Assembly (NCBI GenBank): GCA_963803435.1
Contig: CAWDML010000016.1
Coordinates: 1 to 41,273, forward strand
Source: an uncultured delta proteobacterium
Lineage (GTDB): Bacteria > Myxococcota > Kuafuiibacteriia > Kuafuiibacteriales > Kuafuiibacteriaceae
Reading direction: 5' to 3'
DNA length: 41,273 nucleotides
Program-made: the position numbers and the translations under genes
In this document: one piece after another, positions 9,540 to 20,238 of the stretch
Numbering within the stretch: position 1 is the first letter of the stretch
Layout: each line of letters opens with the position of its first letter
Notes under the pieces: generated by a model
What the model was told of the DNA's origin: nothing
What the model saw: only the letters and a program-made list of their open reading frames with translations
The model's database searches: none

Positions 9540-11333
9540 CTAGATGGAGAGCTCCTGCACGCGACGACCGCGCGTGAAGAAGTCGAGGATGAGCCGCGGC
9601 ACCATGACGGCGGTGAAGGTGTTGACGACGACGCCGATGCCAAGCGTGGTGGCGAAGCCGCGGATCGGGCCCGACCCATACTGATAGAGGACGATGGCCG
9701 CCAGGAGCGTGGTGACGTTGGAGTCGAAGATCGCCGAGAACGCCTTGTCGAACCCGGCGTCGACGGCCGCGCGGGCGGTCTTCCCCAGCCGGAGCTCGTC
9801 ACGGATGCGCTCGAACTGGATGATGTTCGCGTCCACGGCCATACCGACGGTGAGCGCCAGGCCGGCGATGCCGGGCAGCGTGAGCGTGGCGTCGAACCCG
9901 GAGAGCGCCGCCACCAGCATGAGCATGTTCACCGACAGGGCGGCCACACCGATGGCGCCGCTGCCACGATAGATCACCAGCATGTAGAGGATGACCATCA
10001 GCATCGACGCGAACATGGCCAGCCGGCCCTTCGCGACGGCGTCGTCGCCCATGGTGGCGCCCACCGTCCGGTTCTCCTGCGGATACACCGGCGCCGGCAG
10101 CGCGCCGGCCTTGAGGACGATGGAGAGCGCGCGGGCGTCCGCCAGGATCTCCTGCTGCGTGCGGGCGCCGCCCAGGGTGATGCGCGCGCTCCCGTTCGGG
10201 ATCGGGCCCTGGATGATCGGCGCCGAGTCCACGACGTCGTCCAGCACGATCGCCATCTTCCGCTTGGTGTTCTCGCGCGTGAGCTTCTCGAAGACGACCG
10301 CGCCCTTGCGGTCGAACTTCATCGCCACGTTGTACTGGTTCTCTTCGTTGTCGAAGCTCGGATAGGCATCGACCAGGGCGTCACCGGTGAGCGGCGTCTT
10401 TCGCTCGAGCAACCAGGTCTGGTAGGTCGGCTTCTCCGTCGGATCGTTCGTCCGGGTCTTGTGCTCCTCGATGCCGACGATGCGGTTGGTCGGCGGCGGA
10501 TACTCCTTGAGGAAGTCCTGCAGGGCGCGCTTGTCGGTGCCCTGGAGGTAGGGCCGCTGGATCTGCTCGTCGTCATAACCGAGGTAGTTGTCAAAGAGCA
10601 GCTCGACGCTCTCGGGCTTGTCCGGCTTCTCCGCGATCTCCTTGAAGTAGGGGTTCTTGTCGTCGACAATCTTGAACTCGAGCTGGGCGGTCTTGCCGAT
10701 GATGTCGCTCTTGATGAGCTGCTCGTCCTCGGCGGTCAGGCCGGCGATCTGGATCAGGATCGAGTTGGTGCCGCGGCGCCGGACCTCAGGCTCGGTGACG
10801 CCATACTTGTCGATGCGGTTGCGGAGCGTCTTGAGCGCCTGCGAGACCGCGTCCTCTTCGAGGGTCTCCCGGTACTTCTGGCGCATCGAGAGCAGGACCC
10901 GATCGCCCGAGTGTGACTTCACCTCCCAGGCGTCGCTGTGGAACTCGAGAACCTCTTTGAGGGTGTCCCAGTCGTCCGCGCTGGCCATCTTGATCTCGAC
11001 GGTCGGCTCGTCGCCGGGGCGGTGCGCGTCCTCGAGCTTCTTGCCCTTCTCCTCCATCGCCTCGACGAGGGTATCGGCGACCACATCCGCGCGGTTCTGA
11101 AGCGCTTTCTCGGTGTCGACCCCCATGACCAGGTGCAGGCCGCCCTGCAGGTCGATGCCGAGGTTGAAGCGGTGCTTCGGGAGCCATTTCGGAATGGCCT
11201 CGTCGATCGCTTGTCTCGAGCGGCGCTGCGCCGGAGGGAGGTTGAAGTAGATGATCGAGGGCGCCGCGTAGTAGACCGCCAGCCCGATGAGCCCGACGAT
11301 CAGCAACAGACGCCAGTACCAGCTCCGTTCCAT
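9540..11333 (-). CDS. secD: protein translocase subunit SecD
   Basis: NLGIDLQGG, RNRIDKYGVTEP, LKAGALPAP, GMAVDANIIQFERIRDE and GPIRGFA. Confidence 0.97.
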   Translation of the reverse strand: MERSWYWRLLLIVGLIGLAVYYAAPSIIYFNLPPAQRRSRQAIDEAIPKWLPKHRFNLGIDLQGGLHLVMGVDTEKALQNRADVVADTLVEAMEEKGKKLEDAHRPGDEPTVEIKMASADDWDTLKEVLEFHSDAWEVKSHSGDRVLLSMRQKYRETLEEDAVSQALKTLRNRIDKYGVTEPEVRRRGTNSILIQIAGLTAEDEQLIKSDIIGKTAQLEFKIVDDKNPYFKEIAEKPDKPESVELLFDNYLGYDDEQIQRPYLQGTDKRALQDFLKEYPPPTNRIVGIEEHKTRTNDPTEKPTYQTWLLERKTPLTGDALVDAYPSFDNEENQYNVAMKFDRKGAVVFEKLTRENTKRKMAIVLDDVVDSAPIIQGPIPNGSARITLGGARTQQEILADARALSIVLKAGALPAPVYPQENRTVGATMGDDAVAKGRLAMFASMLMVILYMLVIYRGSGAIGVAALSVNMLMLVAALSGFDATLTLPGIAGLALTVGMAVDANIIQFERIRDELRLGKTARAAVDAGFDKAFSAIFDSNVTTLLAAIVLYQYGSGPIRGFATTLGIGVVVNTFTAVMVPRLILDFFTRGRRVQELSI

Positions 11334-11348
11334 TTCAAAAACCTGCCG

Positions 11349-11732
11349 CTAACTTTTGGGTGCCTTGGACGCGGATTCATCGGCTTTGTCGGACTTGAGC
11401 TCGGCCGAAGGACGGGAGATGGCGCTGCGCAGCACCCTGATCTTGACGTTCCGGGCCACCTCCAAAGTGATGGCTTTCTCGTCCATGTCGGCGATCGTCC
11501 CGAAGATTCCGCTGTTGGTGATGACCTCGTCGCCGCGCTTGAGCTGCTCCAGCATCTGGGCGTGCTTCTTGCGCTCACCCTGGGCCGGCCGGATCCACAT
11601 GAAGTAGAGAATCCCGAGCATGACCGCCATCAGGAGCATGTTGGAGCTCCCGGCCGCACAGCCGGAGGGCCCGCCCTCCTGCTGCGCTTGCGCGACCAGA
11701 AGCATCGCAACTTGCTGAAGATGCGAGGACAT
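11349..11732 (-). CDS. yajC: preprotein translocase subunit YajC
   Basis: ILYFMWIRP...LKRGDEVITNSGIFG, directly upstream of secD. Confidence 0.95.
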   Translation of the reverse strand: MSSHLQQVAMLLVAQAQQEGGPSGCAAGSSNMLLMAVMLGILYFMWIRPAQGERKKHAQMLEQLKRGDEVITNSGIFGTIADMDEKAITLEVARNVKIRVLRSAISRPSAELKSDKADESASKAPKS

Positions 11733-11801
11733 CGGGCGCTCCGTTACTCTCCGTCACCCCGGGTGGCAAGCACTTCCTTGGCGGTTCGGGGATCCCCGTC
11801 T

Positions 11802-13042
11802 TCACTCGGCGTCGCGGAGGTGATCGAACTCCGGATACATCTCGCCCAGCATCTTCACCGGCTGCGGCGTCTTCTTCATGAGGTGATCGATCGCCGCGTC
11901 CAGCCCCTCGACCGTCAGCGGGAACATGTCGATCAGCTGTCCGATCAATCGGATCGTCCAGCCGTGCCAGCCGGTCGCGGGGATCGGGTTGAGCCAGGCA
12001 CATCGGGCGAAGCGCTTCCGGAGCCGATGCAGCCACACGATCCCCGCCGTCTTGTTGTGCTTGTAGTAGTCGATGGCTCCGAACGGCTCGGTCAGCTCCG
12101 AGGGCGCCATGTACGCGTCGCCCACGAAGATGAGGAAGGTCTCGGGCGGCCGGCTGAGGAGCAGATCCGCGGTCTTCAGGCCCTCGCCGCGATCCGTGCC
12201 CGGCTCGAGCGCCTCGTAGACGCAGTTGTGGAACGAGTAGGCCTCGAACTTCCTCCAGTGGTTGAGGCTGAGGCCGCCGAGAAGAGCTGCTCGACAGGTC
12301 CGCGCGTACGGATCCATCGAGCCGCCGACGTCCATCAGGAGCAGGACGCGGGCCTCGTTTCGGCGGGGCGGGCGGAACACCAGGTCGAGCTCGCCGGCAT
12401 TGCGGCGAGGTCTTGTCGATCGACTCGTCGATGTCGAGCTCGGGTCCGCGTCCGGCGCGAGAGGCGGCGCAGCTTCTTCAGCGCGACGGCGATGTACGCG
12501 GGTATCGAGGACGCGGTCGGTGCGGTAGTCGCGGAACTCGGCGCGCGTGGCGATCTGGATGGCGCCCGGTGCCCCCGCCTGCCGCCCACGCGCATCCCGC
12601 CGGGTGCATTGCCGCCGTGGCCGAACGGTGAGGTGCCGCCCGTGCCGATCCAGCGATTGCCGCCGTCGTGGCGCTCGTTCTGCTGGCGCAGCCGCTCCTC
12701 GAACAGCTCGCGGAGCTCTCGAGGGGCAGCTGCTCCAGTGCGCCAGCATCTCGGGGGTGAGCTGCGGAACAGCGCCGGGCTCTGGAGCCACTCGAGCAGC
12801 TCGCCTCGACGGCCTCTGGGCAGAGCGCCGCTGGCCGAAAACGGCGGGCGAAGACCTGGTCGTACGGTCGAATTGGGCCTCGGACTTCACCAACAGCGCG
12901 CGCGCCACGTGGTAGAAGTCGGTCAGGTTGGCTGGACCACGCCGCTGGCAGCGCCCCATCAGCGCCATCCACTCGGTGAGCGCCACCGTGAACCCCGCAT
13001 CCGCAGCGCGAAGAAGAACTCGCCGAAGAACGGGAGGCGCAT
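11802..13042 (-). CDS. vWA-domain (CoxE-like) protein, frameshifted
   Basis: MIDAS-type [30 protein letters not shown] and WLNP. The N-terminal EWMALM and [13 protein letters not shown] match this family. It lies next to a MoxR ATPase. Confidence 0.82.
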
Positions 13043-13048
13043 GAGGAC

Positions 13049-13911
<863 letters not shown>

Positions 13912-13913
13912 GA

Positions 13914-14771
13914 CTACACGATCCGCAGGTGCTCCACCAAGAGGCGGCTGACCGCGTCGACCTCCTCGTGGTGGACCCAGTGCGTGGCCTGGTCGAAGTA
14001 CTCGGTTCGCACCGAGCGGCAGAGCTGGGTGGACGCCTCGGCGAGGCGCACGTCGAGCAGCTCGTCCTGCTTACCCCACACGATCAGCGTATCGGGCTTG
14101 ATCTCCGGTGACCGGATCGCAGGTGGGAGCAGCTCGCGGAACGCCGCGCGATACCAGTTGAGCATCGCGCGGACCGCGCCCGGCTGCCGCCACGCCTCCA
14201 GGTAGACCGCCTCGTCCTCGGGCCGGAACGCGCCCGGCCGCGCCGTCTTCACCACCCGCCGGTAGACGGCCCGGCCCTCGCTCCTGGAGAACGCGAGCTC
14301 GGGCAAGAGCGGCAGCTGGAAGAAGAACATGTACCAGCTCTTCGCCATCTGCGACGGATGCGTGAAGAGGAACGAGCGCATCACGAGCGGGTGCGGCACG
14401 TTGATCACCGCGAGCCGCGAAACACGATCGGGATGGCGCATGGCGGTCCACCACGCCACCGCCGCGCCCCAGTCGTGACCCGCGAGCGCGGCGGTCTTCT
14501 TGCCGAGCGCGTCCATCATGCCGATCACGTCGTCGGCGAGCACGTCGAGCGCATACGCGCTGACCGGCCGCGGCTTGTCGGAGAGGTTGAACCCGCGCTG
14601 GTCGGGCGCCACCGCGAACAGGCCGGCCTCGGCGAGGATCGGGAGGTACCGCCGCCACGCGTACCAGAGCTCCGGGAAGCCGTGGAGCAGGAGGGAGAGC
14701 GGCCGATCCGGATCGCCGGCGGTCACCGCGTGGAGCCGGATGCCATTGGTGTCGATCGACCGGTGTTCCAT
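13914..14771 (-). CDS. alpha/beta hydrolase, epoxide-hydrolase type
   Basis: HGFPE, GHDWGA (Asp nucleophile), two lid tyrosines (SWYMFFFQ, NWYRA) and catalytic His in ATHWV. Confidence 0.88.
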   Translation of the reverse strand: MEHRSIDTNGIRLHAVTAGDPDRPLSLLLHGFPELWYAWRRYLPILAEAGLFAVAPDQRGFNLSDKPRPVSAYALDVLADDVIGMMDALGKKTAALAGHDWGAAVAWWTAMRHPDRVSRLAVINVPHPLVMRSFLFTHPSQMAKSWYMFFFQLPLLPELAFSRSEGRAVYRRVVKTARPGAFRPEDEAVYLEAWRQPGAVRAMLNWYRAAFRELLPPAIRSPEIKPDTLIVWGKQDELLDVRLAEASTQLCRSVRTEYFDQATHWVHHEEVDAVSRLLVEHLRIV

Positions 14772-14775
14772 CTGT

Positions 14776-15732
14776 TCAGAGCCCGCTCTGCCGTCGATCG
14801 ATGAACAGGCGCGAGCCCGGATGCGCCTTGGCAGCCCGGGTCAGCTCGGTGGCGACATGCGCGACCTTGCGGACGTCGTCGAGCCCGGGCCGCTCAGTGG
14901 TGGCGACGGCGATCGTCAGCGACAGGAGCGGCACCTTCTCGATCTCCGCCTTGCGGTTGACGATCTCCAGCGTGCCCTCGCTGAGCTCGCGCGGCGTGTA
15001 GAAGCGGCGCATGCGCTCCTCGAAGACGTGGAGGAGCTTCGAGCCGAAGCGATCGATCGCCTCGGGGACCAGCAGCACCACGAAGTCGTCGCCGCCCGTG
15101 TGACCGACGAACGTGCCGTCACGGTCCTCGTCGGCGAGCTCGATCAGGGTCCCCGCGAGCATCCTCAACACCTCGTCGCCGGCGTCGAAGCCGCGCGACT
15201 CGTTGAACGCTTTGAAGTTGGGGATGTCGACGTAGGCGATCGCGAACGACTCGCTGTTCTGGAGGCGGGCGGCGATACGGGCCCGGACCACCGGCTCGGC
15301 GGGGAGGCGCGTCAACGGGTGCGCCTCGCGCGCGATCCAGCGGGCGAGGTGGAGCATCGAGGCGCGGGTGCGCAGCTCGGCGACGGAGAGCGGGCGGACG
15401 ATGAAGTCGTCGGCGCCAGCCTGGAAGCACTCGAGGAGGCGACGGTCCTCTCCGGCCGGAGCCAGCATCAGGATGGGGATGCAGGCGCCGATGGAGGTCT
15501 TCCGGGTCTCAGCGACGAACGTGCTCCCAGCCAGGTCGGGCAGATCGATGTCGACGACCATGAGCTGGGGCCGGATCCGGTGGACGGCATCCAGGCCGCC
15601 GAGACCGTCGGAGGCCTCCACCAGCCGATCTCGACCGAGCGCCCGCTCGATCACCATTCGGAGCGTGGCGTCGTCCTCGACCAGGAGGATCGGTTCGGGG
15701 AGCGCGAGATCCACCACGGGGGTGAACAGCAT
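14776..15732 (-). CDS. response regulator with receiver and GGDEF-like (GGDDF) domain
   Basis: Receiver motifs ILLVEDD, VVDIDLPD and GADDFIVRP. Cyclase-domain motifs HPLTRLP, YVDIPNFKAFN and GHTGGDDFVV. Confidence 0.85.
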   Translation of the reverse strand: MLFTPVVDLALPEPILLVEDDATLRMVIERALGRDRLVEASDGLGGLDAVHRIRPQLMVVDIDLPDLAGSTFVAETRKTSIGACIPILMLAPAGEDRRLLECFQAGADDFIVRPLSVAELRTRASMLHLARWIAREAHPLTRLPAEPVVRARIAARLQNSESFAIAYVDIPNFKAFNESRGFDAGDEVLRMLAGTLIELADEDRDGTFVGHTGGDDFVVLLVPEAIDRFGSKLLHVFEERMRRFYTPRELSEGTLEIVNRKAEIEKVPLLSLTIAVATTERPGLDDVRKVAHVATELTRAAKAHPGSRLFIDRRQSGL

Positions 15733-15778
15733 AGCGCGCTCGCTGGATCCGATCCCCGTTTTCTGAGAGAGGAGTCGA

Positions 15779-18175
15779 ATGGACAGGGACCTCGTCGTCC
15801 ACGGGCACTTCTATCAGCCGCCCCGTGAGAATCCATGGACCGGCGAGGTGGACCGCGAGCCGGGCGCCGAGCCCTACCACGACTGGAACGAGCGCATCTT
15901 CCACGAGTGTTATCGCGCCAACGCCTACGCCCGCATCATCGACGATCACGGGCGCGTCGAGCGGATCATCAGCAACTACCTGCACGTCAGCTTCAACTTC
16001 GGCGCCACCCTGCTGGCCTGGATGGAGAAGCACCACCCGATCACGTACGGCCGCATCATCGGCGCGGACCGCGCCAGCGCCTCGACGCGGGGCGGCCACG
16101 GTAACGCCATCGCGCAGTCCTACAACCACACCATCCTTCCGCTGTCGCCGCGGCGCGACAAGGTGACCCAGGTGCGGTGGGGCGTCGCCGACTTCGCGCA
16201 CCGCTTCGGGCGCGCGCCGGAGGGCCTGTGGCTGCCCGAGTGCGCCGCCGACGAGGAGACGCTCGAGGTCCTGATCGAGCACCAGATCCGGTTCACGATC
16301 CTCTCCCCGTATCAGGCGTCCAAGACTCGCCGGATCGGTGAGCTCGAGTGGCAGGACGCCAGCGCCGGGAAGATCGACTCCAGCGTCCCTCATCGTTTCT
16401 TCCACGGCGACGGCTCGGGCCGCTACCTCGACATCTTCTTCTACGACGCGGGCGCGTCGCGCGGGGTCGCGTTCGAGGGCGTGCTGACCTCGAGCCACGG
16501 GTACGTCGATCGCCTCGACCGCGCGCCGGCCGGCGAGGGACGCCTGGTCTCGGTCGCCACCGACGGCGAGAGCTACGGGCACCACACGCGCTGGGGCGAG
16601 CGCTGCCTCGCCCACGCGATGGAGGTGGTGGCGCGACCGCGGGGCTTCCGGCCCACGAACTTCGCCGAGCACCTCGCGCACACGCCGGTGACGCACGAGG
16701 TGAAGATCGATCTCGGGCCTGATCGCCGCGGCAGCTCCTGGAGCTGCGCGCACGGCGTGGGACGCTGGTTCCGCGACTGCGGCTGCCACACCGGCGGTCG
16801 CGACGGCTGGAACCAGCAATGGCGGCGACCGCTGCGCGAGGCGCTCGACGGGCTGCGCTCCGTGTCGGACGAGATCTTCTCCGAGATCGGCGGACAGTAC
16901 TTCAACGATCCCTGGGCGGCGCGCGACGCCTACGTGAGCGTGCTGCTGGATCGGCGTGAAAACCTCGACGAGCACCTGGTGCGACACGGCAAGCCGGGGC
17001 TGTCCGACGACGCGCGGATCCGGGCCATGTCGTTGATGGAGATGCAGCACCAGGCTCAGCTGATGTACACCAGCTGCGGCTGGTTCTTCTCCGACGTCTC
17101 CGGGATCGAATCGCGCCAGATCTTGAAGTACGCCGGCCGCGTCCTCGATCTTCTGGGAGAGCTCGGGAGGGACGAGACCCCGCGCTTCCTCGAGCGGCTC
17201 GCGGAGGCGAAGAGCAACCGCGCCGAGGAGGGCAACGGCGCCGACATCTTCCGCCGCTACGTCGAGCCCGTGCGCGTCTCACCGGAGCGGATCTCGGCGC
17301 ACCTCGCGATCACCGGGCTGCTCGATCACGACGAAGACACCGGCGAGGTCGCCGGGTACGTGTACCACCGGCACGAGTTCACCCGGCGCCAGCTGGGTCG
17401 GATCTCGATGTGCACCAGCCGGGTCGAGCTCGAGTCGACGCGCACGCGGCGCCGGCACCAGACGGCGGTGGCCGCGCTCCACCTGGGCGGCATCGACTTC
17501 TACGCGGTGGTGAAGGATCGGACGGACACCTTCGCGGCGGCGGCCGAGCGCCTGTGGGACGCCTTCGCCAGCGCCTCGCTGCCGGCGCTGCTGCGGCGTG
17601 CTTCGCAGGAGTTCGGACCGAACGAGTTCGGCCTCGAGCACCTCCTGCCCGACTCGCGCGAGAAGATCTCGGAGCAGATCTTCGCCAGCCTGCTCCGGCG
17701 CTTCTCCGAGGAGTACGCGCGCCTCTACGAGGACAACCGGCGGACGCTCGACATGCTCCAGCTGGCCGGCTTCCCGCTGCCCAAGGAGCTGCGGGTGGCC
17801 GCCGAGTTCACGCTGGGTCGTTCCTTCGAGGAGGAGATCAAGAAGCAGGAGCAGAGCCGCGACCCGGAGAAGTACCGGCGCGCGATCGAGATCGCCGAGC
17901 AGGTGGCACAGCACGGCTATCAGATCGATCGAACCACCTCGCGCAGGCTGTTCGAGAACATGATCACGGACGCGGTGCGCACCGCGGTCTCGCGTCGCGA
18001 CGACGAGACCCTCGACTCGGCCGTCGATCTGCTGGAGCTGACCGAGCGCCTCGGCCTCGACGTCAACCTGGAGGCGGCCCAGGAGGCAGCCTACGACGCG
18101 GCGCTCCGGGCGGGGGCCAGCGCCGAGCTCGGACGGCTGCTGGTGGCGCTCTGGGTCTCGCCGAACCCGAGGTGA
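15779..18175 (+). CDS. glycoside hydrolase family 57 / DUF3536 protein
   Basis: HGHFYQPPRENPW, SFNFGATL, YNHTILPL, WLPE, ATDGESYGHH, SWSCAHGVGRW and MYTSCGWFF. Confidence 0.9.
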   Translation: MDRDLVVHGHFYQPPRENPWTGEVDREPGAEPYHDWNERIFHECYRANAYARIIDDHGRVERIISNYLHVSFNFGATLLAWMEKHHPITYGRIIGADRASASTRGGHGNAIAQSYNHTILPLSPRRDKVTQVRWGVADFAHRFGRAPEGLWLPECAADEETLEVLIEHQIRFTILSPYQASKTRRIGELEWQDASAGKIDSSVPHRFFHGDGSGRYLDIFFYDAGASRGVAFEGVLTSSHGYVDRLDRAPAGEGRLVSVATDGESYGHHTRWGERCLAHAMEVVARPRGFRPTNFAEHLAHTPVTHEVKIDLGPDRRGSSWSCAHGVGRWFRDCGCHTGGRDGWNQQWRRPLREALDGLRSVSDEIFSEIGGQYFNDPWAARDAYVSVLLDRRENLDEHLVRHGKPGLSDDARIRAMSLMEMQHQAQLMYTSCGWFFSDVSGIESRQILKYAGRVLDLLGELGRDETPRFLERLAEAKSNRAEEGNGADIFRRYVEPVRVSPERISAHLAITGLLDHDEDTGEVAGYVYHRHEFTRRQLGRISMCTSRVELESTRTRRRHQTAVAALHLGGIDFYAVVKDRTDTFAAAAERLWDAFASASLPALLRRASQEFGPNEFGLEHLLPDSREKISEQIFASLLRRFSEEYARLYEDNRRTLDMLQLAGFPLPKELRVAAEFTLGRSFEEEIKKQEQSRDPEKYRRAIEIAEQVAQHGYQIDRTTSRRLFENMITDAVRTAVSRRDDETLDSAVDLLELTERLGLDVNLEAAQEAAYDAALRAGASAELGRLLVALWVSPNPR

Positions 18176-18177
18176 CC

Positions 18178-18759
18178 ATGGGAACGCTCCAGCCCATCGA
18201 GAGGCTCGCCGGGTTCCTCGCGGACAACCTCCGCGACTACCGCAAGCGTCGCAACCTGACGCAGGCGAAGCTGGCCAAGCTGTGCGAGGTGCCGCGCTCG
18301 ACGGTGGCGAACATCGAGACCGGCGGCGGCAACCCGACCCTCGCGGTGCTGGTCCGCCTGGCCGGCGCGCTCCAGCTCCCGATCGAGGAGCTGCTCTCGC
18401 CGCCGCGGGTCGACTGCCAGCTCTTCAGGCGGGGCTCGCTGCCGGTGGTCACCAAGGGCCGGCCGCCGAAGGCCGTCCTGCAGCGCCTCCTGCCCCACGC
18501 CACGCCGGGGATGGAGATCGATCGCTTCGAGATCGAGCCCCGGAGCCGCTTCACCGGCACCCCGCACAAACCCGGAACGCACGAGTACCTGTACTGCGAG
18601 CGGGGCCAGCTGGATCTCTGGGTCAGCGGGGAGAAGTTCTCCCTGGACGCAGGGGATGTGGCGACGTTCCCCGGCGACCAGGCCCACTCCTATCACAACC
18701 GGGGCGGCAGCACGGCGGTCGGCTTCTCGGTGGTCGCCTTCGCGGCGACGAAGGCCTGA
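18178..18759 (+). CDS. XRE-family transcriptional regulator with C-terminal cupin
   Basis: The true start is MGTLQP at 18178. HTH LTQAKLAKLCEVPRSTVANIETGGGNPTL, cupin motifs PHKPGTHEY and GDQAHSYHN. Confidence 0.9.
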   Translation: MGTLQPIERLAGFLADNLRDYRKRRNLTQAKLAKLCEVPRSTVANIETGGGNPTLAVLVRLAGALQLPIEELLSPPRVDCQLFRRGSLPVVTKGRPPKAVLQRLLPHATPGMEIDRFEIEPRSRFTGTPHKPGTHEYLYCERGQLDLWVSGEKFSLDAGDVATFPGDQAHSYHNRGGSTAVGFSVVAFAATKA

Positions 18760-18806
18760 ATCGGTTTTTTGGCCCCGATCGATCCGCGTGGTATGCCCGA
18801 TGAACC

Positions 18807-20117
18807 GTGGGCGCGCTCGATGACCAGATCATCATCCCCAGGCAGCGACAGCGGCGCTTTCTGCCGTCGCGCCCCGCGCCGCGCCTGACGCGCCTCCATA
18901 CTTTCGTGCTGGGCGCGCTGCTCGGCGGCTGCCTGGTGGCGGCGTTCAGCGGCGCGCCGCGGGCACCGGTCCCCGCGGCGCTGCCCGATCCCGCCCCCTC
19001 CGCCCCCCGCGCCGCACCCGAGCCCATCGCCGACTACGGCCCGCCGGCGCCGAAGACCCACACGATCGAGGGCACGCTCCGCGCCGACGAGTTCATCTCC
19101 GACGTCCTCACCTCCGCCGGTGCCAGCGCGCTCGAGGTGGATCGGGCGGTGGAGGCGCTCGACGGGATCTTCGACTTCCGCAAGGCCCGGCCCGGGGATC
19201 GCTACCGCCTCGAGCTCGAAGACGGCGCGATCCGCTCGTTCGAGTACCGCTCGGGCCCCGCGGACATCTTCGAGGTCGAGCGCCAGGACGATCGGCTGGT
19301 CGGCAGGAAGCGTCCCGTCGAGGTGACCAAGCACGTGGTGGAGGTCCGCGGCAGCATCGACAACTCGCTGTACGACGCGTTCCTCAAGGCCGGTGAGTCC
19401 GAGAGCCTGGCGATGAGCTTCGCCGACGCGTTCCGCTTCGACGTCGACTTCTTCCACGAGACCCAGAAGGGCGACGCCTTCCGCATCTTCGTCGAGAAGA
19501 CCGAGAACGAAGAGGGCCAGCTCATCGAGTACGGCAAGGTCCTCGCCGCCGAGTACGACGGCGCCGTCGGCACCAAGCGCCTCTACTGGTTCAAGGACGG
19601 TTTCTACGACGACAAGGGCACCGCCGCGCAGCGGGCGTTCCTGCGGTCGCCCCTCGCCTTCACGCGGATCAGCTCGGGGTTCGGGTACCGCAACCATCCG
19701 ATCCACGGCGGCCGTCACTTCCACGGCGGCGTCGACTACGCGGCGCCCCTGGGCACGCCGGTGCACGCGGTCGGCGACGGCGTGGTCACCTTCGCCGCCA
19801 ACAAGGGCCCGAACGGCAACATGGTGACCATCCGCCACTCCGGCGGCCTCGAGTCGTACTACCTCCATCTCTCCAAGATCAGCGTTCAGCGCGGCGAGCA
19901 CGTCACGCAGAGCACGCTGATCGGGAAGGTGGGATCGACCGGGAACTCGACCGGTCCGCACCTCGACTTCCGGATCAAGAAGAACGGCACGTATCTCGAT
20001 CCGTCGAAGCAGGTCACGCCCCGCTCGAAGACGATCGACCGTCGCGACCGCGCCGCCTTCGCCCAGACCGTGTCCGCGTGGCGCGCCCGCCTCGACGCCG
20101 TCGCCCAGCTTCCCTGA
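18807..20117 (+). CDS. M23 family peptidoglycan DD-metalloendopeptidase (MepM/OapA-like)
   Basis: N-terminal TM, then RISSGFGYRNHP, HGGVDY (HxxxD), YLHLS and STGPHLDF. Confidence 0.9.
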   Translation: MGALDDQIIIPRQRQRRFLPSRPAPRLTRLHTFVLGALLGGCLVAAFSGAPRAPVPAALPDPAPSAPRAAPEPIADYGPPAPKTHTIEGTLRADEFISDVLTSAGASALEVDRAVEALDGIFDFRKARPGDRYRLELEDGAIRSFEYRSGPADIFEVERQDDRLVGRKRPVEVTKHVVEVRGSIDNSLYDAFLKAGESESLAMSFADAFRFDVDFFHETQKGDAFRIFVEKTENEEGQLIEYGKVLAAEYDGAVGTKRLYWFKDGFYDDKGTAAQRAFLRSPLAFTRISSGFGYRNHPIHGGRHFHGGVDYAAPLGTPVHAVGDGVVTFAANKGPNGNMVTIRHSGGLESYYLHLSKISVQRGEHVTQSTLIGKVGSTGNSTGPHLDFRIKKNGTYLDPSKQVTPRSKTIDRRDRAAFAQTVSAWRARLDAVAQLP

Positions 20118-20238
20118 GCGCGCCAAGAACGCCGTTGGCAGGCGGCTCCGATCGAAGTAGACGTGGAGGACGCTCCGGCGGGGGTGTCCGCCGGATGCGA
20201 GACGAGGGCGGGAGTGTCCGTCCCGAAGGAGAAAATCG

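Noticed and set aside
17410-18177. Long N-terminal extension of the XRE regulator
   Set aside because: It overlaps the GH57 gene out of frame and is low-complexity Arg/Ala/Gly. The real start is 18178.
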